From a virus (Duplodnaviria; Caudoviricetes): 24,796 bases of DNA. The position numbers and the translations under genes are program-made. The stretch lies in the IMG/VR virus record IMGVR_UViG_3300010165_000005, positions 1 through 24,796 of that record; one strand, 5' to 3'. How positions within the stretch are numbered: the stretch's first letter is position 1; the number at the start of each line of letters is the position of its first letter. The notes below the pieces were generated by a model that worked only from the letters and a program-made list of their open reading frames with translations, had not been told where the DNA came from and did no database searches. This document shows, piece after piece, positions 24,581-24,796 of the stretch.

Positions 24581-24796
24581 TGACGGCATGAACGAAAAGC
24601 AGAAAGACGTATATAATTGTTTGTTTAGCTTATATAGGCAATTAAAATTTTAGGGAGGTTGAAGCATGAAACTAATGTTAAGAGAAAGTATATTATTATA
24701 AAGATATATACTAAAATTTGATGTATGGAGAGATAGTATGAGTACAAACATATTAGATGAAATCAGTAAGATACTAAATGGAATCGAAAGATATTG

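Noticed and set aside
24588-24796. Short ORFs at the right edge (24588, 24666 and a possible start at 24738)
   Set aside because: Too short or cut by the window end to tell remnants from a new gene start.
1-24796. CRISPR array, integrase or att site
   Set aside because: No repeat-spacer array or recombinase motif was seen, so the host-resident hypothesis cannot be confirmed from this window.

Overview
An AT-rich segment of a large Firmicutes (probably Lactobacillales/Enterococcaceae) myovirus of the Herelleviridae (Twort/SPO1-like) type. The left part (1-5.8 kb) is the conserved terminase neighbourhood. terL is split into three exons (2255-2594, 3851-5190, 5645-5791; about 608 aa spliced) by two group I introns whose splice sites and P1/P10 helices can be read directly from the sequence. 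The two introns share a 186-bp identical core. Intron 1 encodes a Zn-finger/Vsr-like homing endonuclease, while intron 2 keeps only a stub of one. The rest (5.8-24.8 kb) is an accessory region of short cassettes, each behind a sigma-A-type promoter. It contains two calcineurin-like phosphoesterases, three tRNAs (Trp, Asn, Tyr) followed by about 500 nt of unexplained structured non-coding sequence, an XRE HTH, nrdH with tandem NrdR-like boxes, NADAR, a frameshifted Dam-family methylase, a kinase-phosphatase-RNA ligase and two DUF1642-like proteins. Three IS200/IS605 derivatives occur, none with an intact tnpA: two tnpB elements and a 201-bp element made only of a left end plus an omegaRNA scaffold, inserted into a start codon. 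Many small genes carry premature stops or frameshifts while the long genes are intact. All protein family calls come from motif recognition; no database searches were run.
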